Positions 24,592-37,489 of a stretch of DNA of 64,000 bases are shown piece by piece (the first letter of the stretch is position 1; every line of letters begins with the position of its first letter). Source of the DNA: Anthoceros angustus (lineage: Eukaryota; Plantae; Anthocerotophyta); contig VJWM01000011.1 of the NCBI GenBank assembly GCA_010909165.1, positions 1,302,001 through 1,366,000 of the forward strand, read 5' to 3'. Position numbers and translations under genes: made by a program. The notes beneath the pieces are model-generated. The model made no database searches. It saw only the letters and a program-made list of their open reading frames with translations, and was not told where the DNA came from.

Positions 24592-26620
24592 TTCACATCG
24601 ATCTGCCTGTCCAGATCGCATATTAGCTTTGCCTGGACGCATCCTCACGCCTAACTGCGCACTACGACAGAAGGCTAGGTTTGGCTGGGCAATGCCGGGA
24701 ATCCCACGTACTCTTGCGCTCGTCTCCAGAAACGGAGCTCCACATCTTTGGAGATGGCGTGCTGTGAATTCTCTCCAGTCTCGTCCGCTGTACATATGAG
24801 TTCTCAGTTTGCTTTATACATACACTCGTTTGCTTTTTGCGTCTACACAGTCCGTGTTCAGATCGACACGTTTCTCCCGACTCCGCAGGATCGGGGGCCA
24901 AATTTGCACTTGTCATTTCGCTTCTCGCACTTTGTGCCGTTTCGATCAACTATAATTTGCTTGCATGAACTACGTTCTTGAGGCTGAGCTTTCCTGATAG
25001 TGTGCAGCCTGGTTTGTAGAGATGTCGCTGAGTTGCGGAGAGTTGCCTTCATTTTCTTCTTGGGAGTGGAGGAACAATGCCGACCAGCAGCCATGTTGAA
25101 ATCCAGAGGAACGAGCAAAATTGCTGCCGACAGAGGTACAGAACATGGACACTGAGATAGTGAGCTAAAGGGCTCTACTGCTGCGACATACAATTTCCTT
25201 GTTTCTCTCGCGACAAGGAAAATGCTTGTTCTCTTGTTTTTCTGGCGTTGGGGTTGAGAACGATGCACGCACCACCCGATCTCCAGAACACCGGTTCCGT
25301 GGAATTAGGGCTGCCGGTTGAACCAGGTGATTTAAAGCTGGTGTTTGAAACTGTGCAGGATGGATCTCAGCGCCATTCCTGGACTGACAGTGAGGAGGAG
25401 CAGAGGAAGTGACGAGTAGCCGAAGACAGCCCTAACTTGCCGCCCCCGCGTGATGTCAACAAGGAATGTGGAAGAGGAGGTTTAGGTCGGAGGGATTCCA
25501 GAGTCTGGTGGTTCTCAAATCCAGCATCCAGCGTGCGGACGAATGTTGCCTCCAAAGGTCGGTCACGATTCAGACGGTCGGAGACTGTTGTTCGATCTGA
25601 CTTTGGTGTCGGTGCCCATGGCCAGCTTGCGCGCTTGAGCCGGGCAGTGCTCGCAATCTCTAACCACTTGCTGCCGTTCGCACAGACATGGAATCCCTTT
25701 GAAGCGGACGAGGCTCGGCAGGATTCGCAGCTCAACACGCCATGTCCAGGGGGCCGGTGAAGGACGGGTGAAAGCGGATTATGCCATGCATCATCAAAAG
25801 GCCATCGTCCTCACCGAATAAGGGTTTGCGGAAGAAGGTGGGGAACTCGCAGCTTACCTGCGAGGGCATGCAACGGAATGACATAAAATAGCTGCTTAGA
25901 AACGCGGTAGGCTGTAGGGAAAGGGGAGGAGAAATATCAGGAGTGGTAATAAGAAGTGGTTGTGAAAGCGGCAAAGGTGCGAGGCGCAGCCGGCCCCAGA
26001 AAGGGCACAGTCACAGTGGCGGGCCACTAGCGGTGGGTACGGCAGGTGCGGCCACAGGCAGGCGCGGTACGGACGTACCGCGACGTCCTTTTCAGTACGC
26101 ATGTACCGGGCCTGTCGGGGCCGTAGCCCAGCCCGGTATATTCACTTGGTGGGGGAGGCGCAACTGGCCCGGACGCCGGACAGTACCCTCTCCCGTACGG
26201 AAGAGCACGCAATCCCACCCGGATTAGCTGCCTTATGCTATTTCCGGTTGCCGCCTTCCCGGAACAGCGCCTTTCCCTCCCTCGCAAGACGTCTCCACGA
26301 GAAGGCGCACTCCCCGCTCCCGCAGACAAACGTCCCCCTGCTCCCCCTGCTCCTGCGACTGCGATGCCCTGCCCTGCTCTTCTCGCTTCTGCCGCTCCCG
26401 TACTCCCCTCCTCACGGGTCTCACGCCCCGCACGCTGCCCGGTCCGACGCGGACCGCAGGTGGAGCTACGGTAGGTGAGCGGGAATCGGAGGATGCGGCT
26501 GCGGCTGCGGCAGGGCGGGCAGGGCGCCATGGGGAGGAGAAGGGAGGAGGGCGCGGGGTGGAGGAGGAGCCGGAGGGAGGGCTGCATTCGGAGCTTCCCG
26601 AGGGCGGGGGTTTGAGCGGG

Positions 26621-26660
26621 AGAGTGAGTGAGTGGGTGAGTGAGTGAGTGAGGGAGTGAG
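26621..26660. repeat. (GAGT)n microsatellite immediately 5' of the F-box ATG
   Basis: Read directly from the sequence. Confidence 0.85.
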
Positions 26661-26662
26661 CC

Positions 26663-29250
26663 ATGGCGGCGAAGCGGGGGAGGCGGGAGGCCAGGGCGCC
26701 GGAATTGGACCACAGTCTGTGGCTGTCTGTGCTGGAGAAGCTGCCGGATCGGGGGGACCGGCAGGCGTGGAGTCTGGTGTGTAGGTGGTTCCGGGATCTG
26801 GAGGCCAGCGTGCGGAGCAGAGTGCAGCTGCTGCGGGTGGATAGGCTGGCGGGAGTGCTTGTCAGGTACCCGTTCTTGGAGGAGCTGGATCTGTCGTACT
26901 GCCGGCAGGTGACGGACGGGAGCCTTGGGGTGGTGGCCAAGTACGCCGGCCCAAGGTTGCGCTGCTTGAAGCTGGTGAAGGTGGGAGGGTTTACGGCGGC
27001 GGGATTGGAGGCGGTTGCCAGGGGGTGCCGGGGGCTGCAGGCTGTGGATCTCAGCAAGTGTGCGCAGCTCACGGATGCCGGTGTCACTGCCTTGGCCGTG
27101 CTGCCCGAGCTGCGGTCTTTGACCTTGCTTAATTGCCGGCTTGTCACGGATGCCGCGCTCTGCGCCTTGGCGGTCGGGTGTCGGGGGATCAGAGTGCTGG
27201 TGCTGAAGTGGTGCATCGGGATTTCGGACGCCGGAGTGGTCGTGCTGGCGTCCGGTTGCCGGAAGTTGCATACTTTGGATCTTTCTTGCACCGAGGTGCG
27301 GGTTGTGTCGTTTTGTGTCGCTTGTGGTTTTGTTACACATGTGGAGTGGCAGGAGCTTATGGCCACTGTCTTGATTGTTGGATGCAGATTACTAATGTGT
27401 CTCTCCGGCAAATATCGACCTTGAAAGAGCTGGTGATCTTGAATCTCGTGAGGTGTGACAACGTGGACGATGTCGGATTGGCCCTCTTGAGAGACGGATG
27501 CAAATCCTTGCAGGTATGTGACGCTCCTTGTTGTGTTGTGTTAATTCTGCCGGCTTGTTGATATTCCCCCACTCTGGCTGCCTGGCTAGCTGGCCAGGTT
27601 GTGTCGATTTCCGGCGGCGAGGCCGTAATCCATCCTTTGTCCATGCTCGTGCAGAAGCTTGACATCTCCAGATGCCCTCTCCTGACCAAGTGGGGCGTCA
27701 TATCCTTTGCGGATGGGACCAAGTCTCTGCAACAGCTCACTCTCTCCTATTTTATGCAGGTGTGTGTCTGTTTCTCACTTCGAACATGCGCGTGCAGTGA
27801 TGTTCCAGGAAGGAATGCGATGTTATTCGGTCGCTTTCTGACATGTCCACCGGTGGATGTCCAGGCTTCCCCGGAACTTCTGGCGAGTTTTCAGAAACTC
27901 TCAACCCTTGAAGTCATAAATCTTGAGGGCTGTCATGTTACACAAGGAGGGCTAGCGTCTATCGGAAGAGGGTGTAAAGGACTCAAGGAATTGATCTTAA
28001 GCAAGTGCACCGGTGTCACAGACGCGGGCATCCATGCACTTGTTTCCAGTTGTCCTGGTCTCGAGAGGCTTGATCTGACATGTTGCGGGGAGATCACAGA
28101 CCTGGCTCTCTCATCCATCTCCGAATCTTGTAAGGGCCTGCTCAGCCTCAAAATCGAGTACTGCAGCCTCGTCACCGATAGGGGCATATCCTTGCTGGGC
28201 CAAGGTTGCCCCTTGCTGGAAGAATTGGACTTGACGGATACCAGAATACACGATGAAGGTATGCATTCGTCCACCCTTTTTCTCTTGGTCTTGAAAGCTC
28301 GTGACAAATGCTCAAAACCCTATCTTTTGCCGGCGTCCTCAAAGTAGCATCACTGTGTTGCTCAGGTATCATGTCTGTGGCGGAATGCAAGTCGCTACGG
28401 CTACTAAAAGTAGGCATTTGCATGAACATCACCGATGTGGGGATTAGTCACCTGGGCTCAAGATGTTGGTCCACAATCAGAGAAATTGACCTGTACAGGT
28501 ATGGACTAGTCGTACGGTTGTTGGTATAGTCACACCCAGGGTTTGAGCTAAGAATGTCAGTCTGATCCAAAGTGTGGTATGCCCACAGGTCTACAGGAGT
28601 TGGAGATGTAGGTGTGGAGGCGATGGCCAATCGTTGTCCAATGTTGAGAGTTGCCAATCTCTCCTACTGTACACGAATAACGGATGTTGCAATGCAGTCT
28701 CTTTCTAAGCTCTCAGATCTCCAACAACTAGAGATGCGAGGTTGTGAGCTGGTCTCGTCTGCTGGACTGGCCTTCCTTGCAGCCGGATGTCAGCAAATGG
28801 TGGAGTTGGACATCAAGCACTGTAAAGGCATTGGTGATGAAGGCATCTTCGCACTCGTGAAAGGGTGCACACAGTTGAGACAGGTAATCTTCTTGACAGC
28901 ACCCATTTCCACCCATCCATATACCACTTTGTTCTTGATAATCCAACCTGGTATGACACGTTGTCAACTTCCTTCTGCTTTTGCAGATCAACATCTCGTA
29001 TTGCTCAAGAATAAAAAACCTGGGGCTTTTGGCCTTGGCTAATCTCAACTGCGTCCTGGACGTGAAGTTGGTCCACCTGAGAAGCGTTACAGAAGACTGT
29101 TATGAGAAGGTACTGCTGGCCTTCCGCACCGTGAAGAAGGTGAAGCTGCTTGTGGGTCTTCAAAGAGTGATCCCACCAGACGTGATTGCATTTACTGAAG
29201 GTCGAGGCTGCCGATTTCGGTGGATGGATAAACCACCACCGCTCTCGTGA
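26663..29250 (+). CDS. FBL3: F-box/LRR-repeat protein (FBL3-like), 7 exons
   Basis: Exons 26663-27295, 27388-27513, 27655-27759, 27865-28258, 28366-28498, 28589-28883, 28987-29250, all GT-AG; F-box (DRQAWSLVCRWF), many Cys-containing LRRs, C-terminal GCRFRWMDKP. Confidence 0.9.
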
Positions 29251-29835
29251 ACCTGTTTTCTAACTTGAAATCCTGATACCAGAAAAGTCTGGGATCCTGG
29301 ATTTTCCACGTCCACTGTAGATGAACACAAGTCACGGATTTGTTGTACATATTACTCTGTTTCATAGACCTGACCTGAACACGTACCTTACGCTGGACTA
29401 AAACCCTGAAGCCAGTGCATGATGAGATGCAGCGCTTTCCTCACTACGGCCGTGCATGATGAGATGCAGCGCTTTCTTCGATTTTAACATTCCAGGGTTT
29501 TCCCTTCCTTGAGTGCAAGCAAGCAATCGAGGGCTTGTCGCTGGCAGGGTGGACTCCCAAAACTTCTGGAATTCCCAGAATTCCATCCACATCAGAAACA
29601 AGGGCAGGTGAGGCCTACGGCCGTTTCAGCTTTTTCGGAGAATCGGGACACCTTGTGCTCGTCGACTGGCATCAGCAACGGCCATTCCAGCGCCAGCAAA
29701 CGCTTTTATCTCTCAAGACTCCGCCCAACATTCGGAATTCTCGTCCACTTGGACTCGTAATTTAATAAAGTACAACTTAATTTGATTAGCTCAACGATGA
29801 GCAACTGTACAAAGAGAGGAGTGTGAAGGACTATT

Positions 29836-31575
29836 TTAAGGACCCGAACCTGCCCTTGGCTTTTCGCCAACAGCCTCTCTCCAGGCATTCAAAACATGGA
29901 ATATGATGTCCGCCACGCCAACTCCATGTTTCACCTGTTACGGAAGGGACGTCGGAAATTCAACACACCGCAAAAGAAGACACATAGGTGGACAACTATA
30001 CCAGATTTACTTTCGCAAACAACAAAGCAAGCAGCTACAGAGGCAGATGGGAAGTGCACCTGGGCAAACACAAAGGGTCCTTCATCACGCATGCGCAAAG
30101 CATCTCGCTCCATCACCTTCAAATCTGCTCCCACAGCTTCAGCCAGATCTGTCTTGTTGATGACCTGTGCATGTGCAAGCAGGGACGCAACTTTTTAAAA
30201 TATGTTTCAGATAAAGCACCCAGATCCATGGTCAATCCATCATACAGCTAAGCGATGTGCACACAACCTCAGATGTTCACAAAACTTACCAGAAGATCTG
30301 CTTGTGTGATGCCTGGCCCGCCCTTACGAGGTATCTTGTCGCCTCCCGCCACGTCAATGATGTATATGATGTAGTCAGCAAGCTCCCTGCTGAAATTCGC
30401 TGCAAGGTTGTCTGTGAAGCAAGGCATGTCATTCTCCCAATAGTGGCTCCAGATGCTTTGACTTGGAAGCAAGATGGCATGAGCATGGGGTTAAGACCGC
30501 ATTCAATCAACTTACCACCACCAGACTCACAAAGGAGAATGTCTGCAGCGAAACTATGGGTCAAGTCTTCTAGTGGCCCTAGATTTATGCTGATATCCTC
30601 CCTTATAGCAGCGTGAGGGCATCCACCTGTCTCAACAGCTCTAATCCGTTCAGGAGGAAGGGCACCATGCTTCACAAGGAACTCTGCATCTTCCTGAGTG
30701 AAAATGTCATTGGTGACCTGTGAGCAAACATCATGTGATCAGCATCAGTACCTCATTTTGCTCAAGTCCCGATGTCTACTACGTGGTCTCTACTTTGCAG
30801 CCATAACTCATCAACGTCTCGAAGTATCTACTCACAGCAGCTATGCTGTATTTATCCCGAAGTGCTAAGCACAGTGCATGCATAAGAGCTGTCTTCCTGC
30901 ATCGCCACGAAAAAGGGGGCCACTCAGATTCCATGACGGAATTGCGACACCACAGGCACGACGGCACACAAGACCAAAGCATAGAGTAGAAAAGCCAACC
31001 CTGTGCCCACGGGACCACCGATTCCAACAGTGAAAGCTCGATCCGCAAAGTCCCTTGCTAGAGGCTTTGCACGTCGAAGGAAGAAGCCTGGAGAGTAAAT
31101 TGGATCATGGGTGTGAGGAGCAAGCCCATCATGGGAGTGGTAAAGTTTCCCATCCTTCGTAAAACTGCATTGCAGATATAACGGAAATTTGAGGACCTCG
31201 TAGATTCCCTTGGGACAGCAACAAAGAGGATCAAGCAAGGAGAGCCAAGAAAAGACTAGTCTTCAATTTCAGTGGAGACCTCTCCCAAAGAACTGCTTCT
31301 ATCTTTACACAAAAGGTCAGCTTGCGCAGGCAAGACAGACAGGCTGTCAGAGGATTGCAAAGAAACAAGATCTTCAGAGTCAGTGTAACCCGGGAGACTC
31401 ACCTCACGTCTGAGTGCGTATGCCCATCCAAGTGATGGTGGTCATGTGGGTGGTGGTCATCGTGAGAGTGATCACCGTGGTCATGAGCATGGGAGTGGTG
31501 AGCATCCTGATGCGGATTCTGTTGGGCATCCCTCTGCTCAGCCCGGTTCTCCTCCAAGTGCGCACTGGCGTCCAT
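29836..31575 (-). CDS. UREG: Urease accessory GTPase UreG, 7 exons
   Basis: Exons 31575-31403, 31164-31000, 30896-30836, 30717-30516, 30411-30290, 30164-30060, 29934-29836; His-rich N-terminus, GGPVGTGKT P-loop, [37 protein letters not shown]. Confidence 0.97.
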
Positions 31576-31924
31576 GATAATCCGCCAAGAAATTTTCAAG
31601 CAGCAACCCGGCAGAATGGAAGCACATATTGCCCAGCCGCCCTACTTATAGCACGGGTTCCTCGGAGCACAAGCCTTGCAAAATTAGAAACCCAACTCCT
31701 GCTTGCCCCTTCTTCTGCGTCGTATTTAGCGCTTTCCACGGGCCTGTTTTGGAACTTATCTTACTGCCTCGCACCTTCCTATTCCAGAAATCTGACCCCT
31801 GATTCGGTGTTGCTTTCATCTCATAAGATAGGGCCTCGAATGATTTGGCTGTAGAGGAGGATGCAAGGCTGATGGGCGAGTCTCATTGATCAGCACTCTC
31901 AGTTGTGCTCACTTGTCAGGCGCT

Positions 31925-33144
31925 ATGGGGTGGGGTATAGCCCTGCATGGTGGCGCTGGTGATATTCAGAGAACAGAGAGGGTGGAGCAAGCAGAAAAGG
32001 CCTTGCAGGAGTTCTTACAAATCGGGGTCTCCCTCCTGAAGGAAGATACAGGGAAGTCTGCTCTGGACGTCGTGGAGATTGTGGTACGTGCCAGCCATCT
32101 ATGGTTCTATCCTGGGCATGTGCATTGTGGAATGCGACGATACATTGACAGGCAACGTTCACACGGCATGTGTTGGCTCATCTGGCAGGTGCGAGAGCTG
32201 GAGAACTGCCCGCTGTTCAATGCAGGGAGGGGGTCAGTCCTGACCAACAAGGGTACAATAGAGATGGAGGCCTCCATCATGGACGGAGCCACGGGTAACT
32301 GTGGAGCAGTGTCAGGGCTGAGCACCGTGGTAAATCCCATCTCCCTTGCCCGATTGGTGATGGAAAAGACTCCCCACATCTACCTGGCCTTTGCTGGAGC
32401 TGAGGAATTCGCTCAAAAGCAGGTGAGGCATGCACTTTCAGCGTCCATGTCATGGTTGGTAGGGCACTCGGTCATCAAAAATCCATGGGTCTGAAGCTTC
32501 CACATCTTGTCCACTCAGGGAGTGGAAACGCGAGCCCCAAGCTACTTCATCACAGAGCACAACATAGAGAGGTTGAAGAACGCTCATGCTGCCCATGCCG
32601 TACAGGTATTAGATACTCCTACCTCTCGGCTGCTGCTGTTGCTGTAAGGCACGTTTGCCATGCTCCTCACTGTGCTCTGCCTGTACAGCTGGACTTCTCT
32701 GCTCGTCCCTCCTCTGACGTTCTGGCCGAGGGCTCCCAGAGCCAGCTGGAGACGGTTGGATGTGTTGCTGTTGACAAGCATGGGAACTGCGCTGCGGCGA
32801 CCTCCACAGGAGGCCTTGTGAACAAGATGGTGGGAAGAATCGGGGATACTCCTCTTGCGGGTTGCGGAAACTATGCGGATTCCAACTGTGCTATTTCTGC
32901 AACAGGACAAGGAGAGGCTATCATCAGATGCACAGTTGGTCGGACTGTTGCAGCTCTCGTCGAATACAAGGGTCTGTCCCTTCAGGAGGCAGCAGATCAG
33001 GTTGTCGACAGGCTCGGCGAGGGGAATGGAGGACTGATCGCGGTCACCAATCAGGGAGACCTCGCCCTTGCTTTCAACTCCAGCGGGATGTTCAGAGCCT
33101 ATGCCAGCAGCAAGGATCCCGAACTCAGAGTTGCTACGTGGTAA
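31925..33144 (+). CDS. ASPG: Isoaspartyl peptidase/L-asparaginase (plant Ntn-hydrolase), 4 exons
   Basis: Exons 31925-32083, 32189-32422, 32519-32605, 32689-33144; [16 protein letters not shown], catalytic TVGCVA, ATSTGG, GRIGDTP. Confidence 0.96.
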
Positions 33145-33595
33145 TCTAAGTCTGGGAACCGGACTCACCACACTCGTGGTAACAAAATGTGGAAGATTCT
33201 TTTGACATCAGAGAAGACAAAACGACGTCTTCTTGAGAGGAGACGAAATGGCGTCGCCGATGGCAAACCTGCGGCCACGAAGTAAAGACGACTTTGTTGT
33301 TTGACAGCATACAAAATGGCATGTCTGATGACCGACAAGCAGCTACATTTGAAGAACAAGTTATTCTGCAGTCTGCACTGAATCTGTAGCACAAAAAATG
33401 AACAAGCTGGAAAATGTCTCCGCTGGAAAAGTACCAAGCTATCAAGAACAAGAGCGCTCTCTTACAAGCACAGGGTTCCTTCCAAGTTCCCTTCCAGATT
33501 TCACCTCATGGACATACAGCTGCCATTGTCTATCAGTAGCACATAGTTCAGCAGAAAGGAACATCTGTCTCTACAGAACCGCACTGACCGAATTT

Positions 33596-34009
33596 TTATT
33601 CCATTCCCATAGCGGTTCCCTGGAGGCTGCGGGCGCTTGATCTGACCACTCTTCCGCGAATTCGGCAAGCATTCAGCTCGCTTCTGGTTCGTTGCAGGTC
33701 GCCTCGCAATTGCAACACGTTGAGCTGCAAGGACTCCAGCTCCTCCTTCAACTCAGCGTACTCGACCATGGCTTGGTGATCCAATGCGGCTGTAACTAAA
33801 TTGCTTCTGCTTCCCCCGCCCTGAAGCTGGAGGCGAGATTCTAGGTGCCGGTGCTCGGCACACGTCTTTTCGAGCTCCTTGACTAGGGAGAGGCAGCGAA
33901 ATGCCAGCAAGTTAGTTCCCAACGCCAAGAGAATGATGAGGACCTTCACAACGCTCCATACCCGTCCCGCGTTCTGGTTCTCGTCTACGCCTTGAGGCTT
34001 CGACTCCAT
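33596..34009 (-). CDS. Hypothetical single-pass membrane protein with coiled coil (137 aa)
   Basis: Real ATG at 34009; hydrophobic WSVVKVLIILLALGTNLLAF followed by heptad-rich ELKEELESLQLNVLQLRGDLQRTRSEL. Confidence 0.5.
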   Translation of the reverse strand: MESKPQGVDENQNAGRVWSVVKVLIILLALGTNLLAFRCLSLVKELEKTCAEHRHLESRLQLQGGGSRSNLVTAALDHQAMVEYAELKEELESLQLNVLQLRGDLQRTRSELNACRIRGRVVRSSARSLQGTAMGME

Positions 34010-34375
34010 CGCTCGCTGCGCAGCGCAGGATACAATCGCGCGGAGCCTACATGTGAAGTCTGATGAGCCTCCGAGAAGCTACTCCGTCGACACTGGAAAC
34101 GAATTCCGAAAGAAATCCAAGGACATGGATGAGAGAGAGGACCACGATACTCGACGTCAGCGAATACTTAAACCACTTCATGACAAAAACACGCGTCTGC
34201 CCATGCCAAGAACCGTGGTTTCCAAAGCCCGATGAATGACGGGCACAGCGTTTGTACTGTTAAGGCGTTATGAGTACACGAACAACGTCAAAAATGTCCC
34301 ACTTCGCTAGCCTTGAGGGTTTGCACTTTACTAGCTCTGAGGATTTGCACCTTGCAGCCTCGGAGAACCAACTTC

Positions 34376-36584
34376 CTAGGCAGTAGCTTGCATCATCTGA
34401 GGTACTTCATGTGACGCTCTCGACGTCTCCACAACTCTCAACACATTGCTCACGTTGTCCTGCACAAGATTCCACCAAGCAGGATCAGTACGATGAGTTC
34501 CTGAAAGGAACAAAAATGCCGCAAGGAATCAGGAGCAACGTCCCACCTTCCACACTTGTAGCTGAGCTCGAAGGTCTTTCCACTGAGCCGGCCCAAAGAC
34601 TCTATCCGTACATCGGCTGCAGAAACAGAGATGGTTCAGACGACTCGTCGGGTAGAACCGTCAAACACAGAACAACACATTCATGCTCAAAAGCCCTTGC
34701 CTGATTATGACAACTTGACGCAACTGGTCCATCTTTGCCTCCAGCAACTTCGAGCCGATAGCCCTCACCACCCAGTACTCAACTTCATCCTCAGACAGCT
34801 GCATACAAAATTCAGGTGCTCTTAAAAAGAGGACCCCAATTGAAACTTATCTGGGACACTTTTTACAGAGGACGACTTTGACAGAGACCCGACAGTTACC
34901 TTCAAAGTGTCCTTGATCACAGGATAGGGGATCTCTCCAGAGCCCGTGGATGCAAGACCGGCAAGGGACATGAGCCGCATTTTCGTTACGCAATTTTCAT
35001 GAACTAGGCCTGCAATCCAGAAAATGAATGAGCCTCGGCATTGAAGAAAATCACCGTCAGCTGCAAAGCAGTTAAGGTTTCCCACAACTTCCAGGTCTAA
35101 TCAGTGACACTACAGACAATATTACTTACCAAAGTTCTTCAGCGTCTCAACGTTTTTTGCCTGGAAGCCCAGATAGGCATCAAGTTTAGAGTTCAAGAAG
35201 ATATCAAGGAGGTGATATACGGCTGAGTACTTGGGATCCTTCTCCAGTTGCTGAACAGGTGGCATCTCCAGTAGATCACACTGACGTTAAAAGAACAAGA
35301 TCAAGGTAACTGGTGAGTTCCTGGGCACAGAAGTTTTGTTTAAGCATCACATCAACATTCACCAGATAGGATTTAGGGAAACGATGCCACCTGAGGTATC
35401 TGATTTCCTGGATTGAGAACATAAGAGGCGGACAGAAATTAGGAGCATTCTGTTACCTGAAACATGTCTGGGGCCTTGACAAACTCAAGCACTGCCCGGA
35501 CAGCCTCTTCCTTGGCCTCGCTCAAGGTGGCCGCATCTTCACCAGCAAAAGTTGCAAGATACTTCACAAGGTATGAAAATGAATCTTTGGAGCAACTGCA
35601 ACCATGAAGGAAAGTAGAAAGTGAGATATCTGCAGAGTATCCGAAGAGGAAGGTGAGGCATGTGTAGAGTAACTGAAAAGATTATGAGAAACTACTCAAC
35701 GAGGGTTCACACACCCCTTGACATCCTTCAACACATTTGTTGCAGTGAGATAAAGCTCCCTCTTGTCCGTGGTGCCAACATTCCATTCTTTGAGGAACAC
35801 CTCCAGTCGTTTCAGTGAAGGAACAATCAGCTCCAAAACTTTGCCAGCTACAGCAAGCTTTACAGCCCTCTTGAAGATCAAGTATCGGCCATAGGGGTTT
35901 TCAAGCACGTTGTAGAGGTGAAACAAACTGTCACCACCACACAGAAATCTGTAAGACTTAGAGAAAAAACAACCAAAACGGGAATCACATGGAGATTCGA
36001 CGTCTCCTGGACATTCATCCAATACCCACATCTTGAGCCGGAGAGCTGGTTTATCTACTGGCTGCGCAGTCAACTTCGTTGCAATTTGATCAGCCATCGC
36101 CAGTGCTTCATCCGGACTTTGCGCTTTCGATACAAGGTTGCAGATGACGGTAAAAATACATTCCAGGTCTGTGCTTGGATCACATTCGATGGACACACGG
36201 AATATGAGGATCATAGGAAACATGCCAGCCTGATCAGAGAGGAGAAGCAACTGACAGAAGGAAATAGCAACAGTCAGGGGTACCTTTTTCCGCAGCATTG
36301 GCGAGAACTACTTCAGCAGACGTTAGCAGCTGATAGGCAAGCTGGGAAATCCGACCCACTATCAAATGATTCTCAGCCTCCTCACAAAAGCGTGCTACTT
36401 GCGGCTCCGCTATCTGCAATTTCCAAATTGTATGAGGTCATACCTCAGCACCAACGACCAACATCCACAAGAAGCAATTTTGAAACAGCACCTCTGCTCC
36501 GCCCTCCGACCACGATACTTCGGCAATGAAGCGCGCAACAGCAAGGGTTGGATCTTCGTCAGACGTTTCCACGAGAGCCGCCAT
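34376..36584 (-). CDS. EIF3M: Eukaryotic translation initiation factor 3 subunit M (PCI domain), ~10 exons
   Basis: MAALVETSDEDPTLAVARF; DLECIFTVICNLV; DKPALRLK; LFHLYNVLE; HENCVTKMRLMSLAGLA; VEYWVVRAIGSKLLEAKMDQ; stop at 34376. Confidence 0.93.
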
Positions 36585-36725
36585 GATTTCGAGCTCAACT
36601 GGGGCAATGGACGGTGGATATATGGTAGCTTCTCGCAGCCCTAGTCAGGTGGGTATTTTAAGTCCCATAGTTTCGTACTAACTACATTTATTTGATATGG
36701 CATCGGTCTAGGCCATTTTTAGGTA

Positions 36726-37266
36726 CAGTCGGCCCCCTAATTGAGAATCCTATAAATGGGATTCCTCTCTAAATGGGACCTCCCATCTTACTCCCTTTAG
36801 TTTATAATGTAATAAATGGGATTTTTTCCTAAATAATAATTAGGACCTTTTGAAACATACATTCATGTTAGTTTCACCTCTCTAAATGGGATTTCAAATT
36901 TTTTTACTAAAAAATTTTAAAAAAAGAAAAAAAAAAGAATCCATTATTTGAGAGCACAATAGACTTTTAGGTGTGATTGAAGACTCTTAAGCTAAGCTTT
37001 TTCCTTTATGATAGATAGAGGTTTTTTGATGCTGCTTAGAGAGAGTGCTAGCTTTCAAACAACTATACAAAGAACTGGTAAAAGTTATTTTTAGTGAAAC
37101 CTATCAATCAAAATTTAAATTTTCTTTTTTTGGGTATTTTTGATTTTTTTTTTAAAATTTATAACATTTTTATTATTTTTAAATAGGGAAAATACAATCG
37201 GAACACTTCCCTTAATGGGACCTCTAAAAGCACTCCGAACCAATCCCAATTAGGGGTGGATCGATG
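36726..37266. mobile_element. AT-rich Tc1/mariner-pogo-type MITE
   Basis: TA|CAGTCGGCCCCCTAATTGAG ... CCCAATTAGGGGTGGATCGATG|TA (imperfect TIRs, TA duplication); internal TAAATGGGA repeats; sharp AT shift. Confidence 0.7.
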
Positions 37267-37489
37267 TATATATTTTCGGTTAGGAAGCGGCCTTGCTTGC
37301 CGGTCTTGGTCTCTTTGTCTCTCTTCACGCCCCACGTCTCCGATCGTAGCACCTTGGTTCAGACTCTATTCACCTCTGTGCGATCCGAACCGTGTTGATC
37401 CGCCTACTCTTTGGCGGGCATAATTCGACACCCATTTCTTCTCATGAGCTCTTCTCCCTTGGATCCATGCGAGCCTGACTGAAATTATC

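Noticed and set aside
23045-24795. Long minus-strand ORFs (382 aa, poly-Pro, poly-Ala)
   Set aside because: Antisense shadows of the GC-rich Pro/Gly gene.
24850-25980. Short ORFs upstream of the F-box gene
   Set aside because: No homology cues or splice structure.
26027-27411. 437-aa and 392-aa minus-strand ORFs
   Set aside because: Antisense to the GC-rich first exon of the F-box gene, with no recognisable domains.
29415-29477. 25-bp direct repeat in the F-box/UREG convergent 3' region
   Set aside because: A simple local duplication with no evidence of function.
29836-31575. Bacterial origin or HGT of ureG
   Set aside because: Six spliceosomal introns and the plant-type [10 protein letters not shown]-terminus.
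21733-33144. A nickel/metal cluster linking the His-rich GRP with His-rich UreG
   Set aside because: His-rich N-termini are normal for plant UreG, the GRP is secreted while UreG is cytosolic, and unrelated genes intervene.
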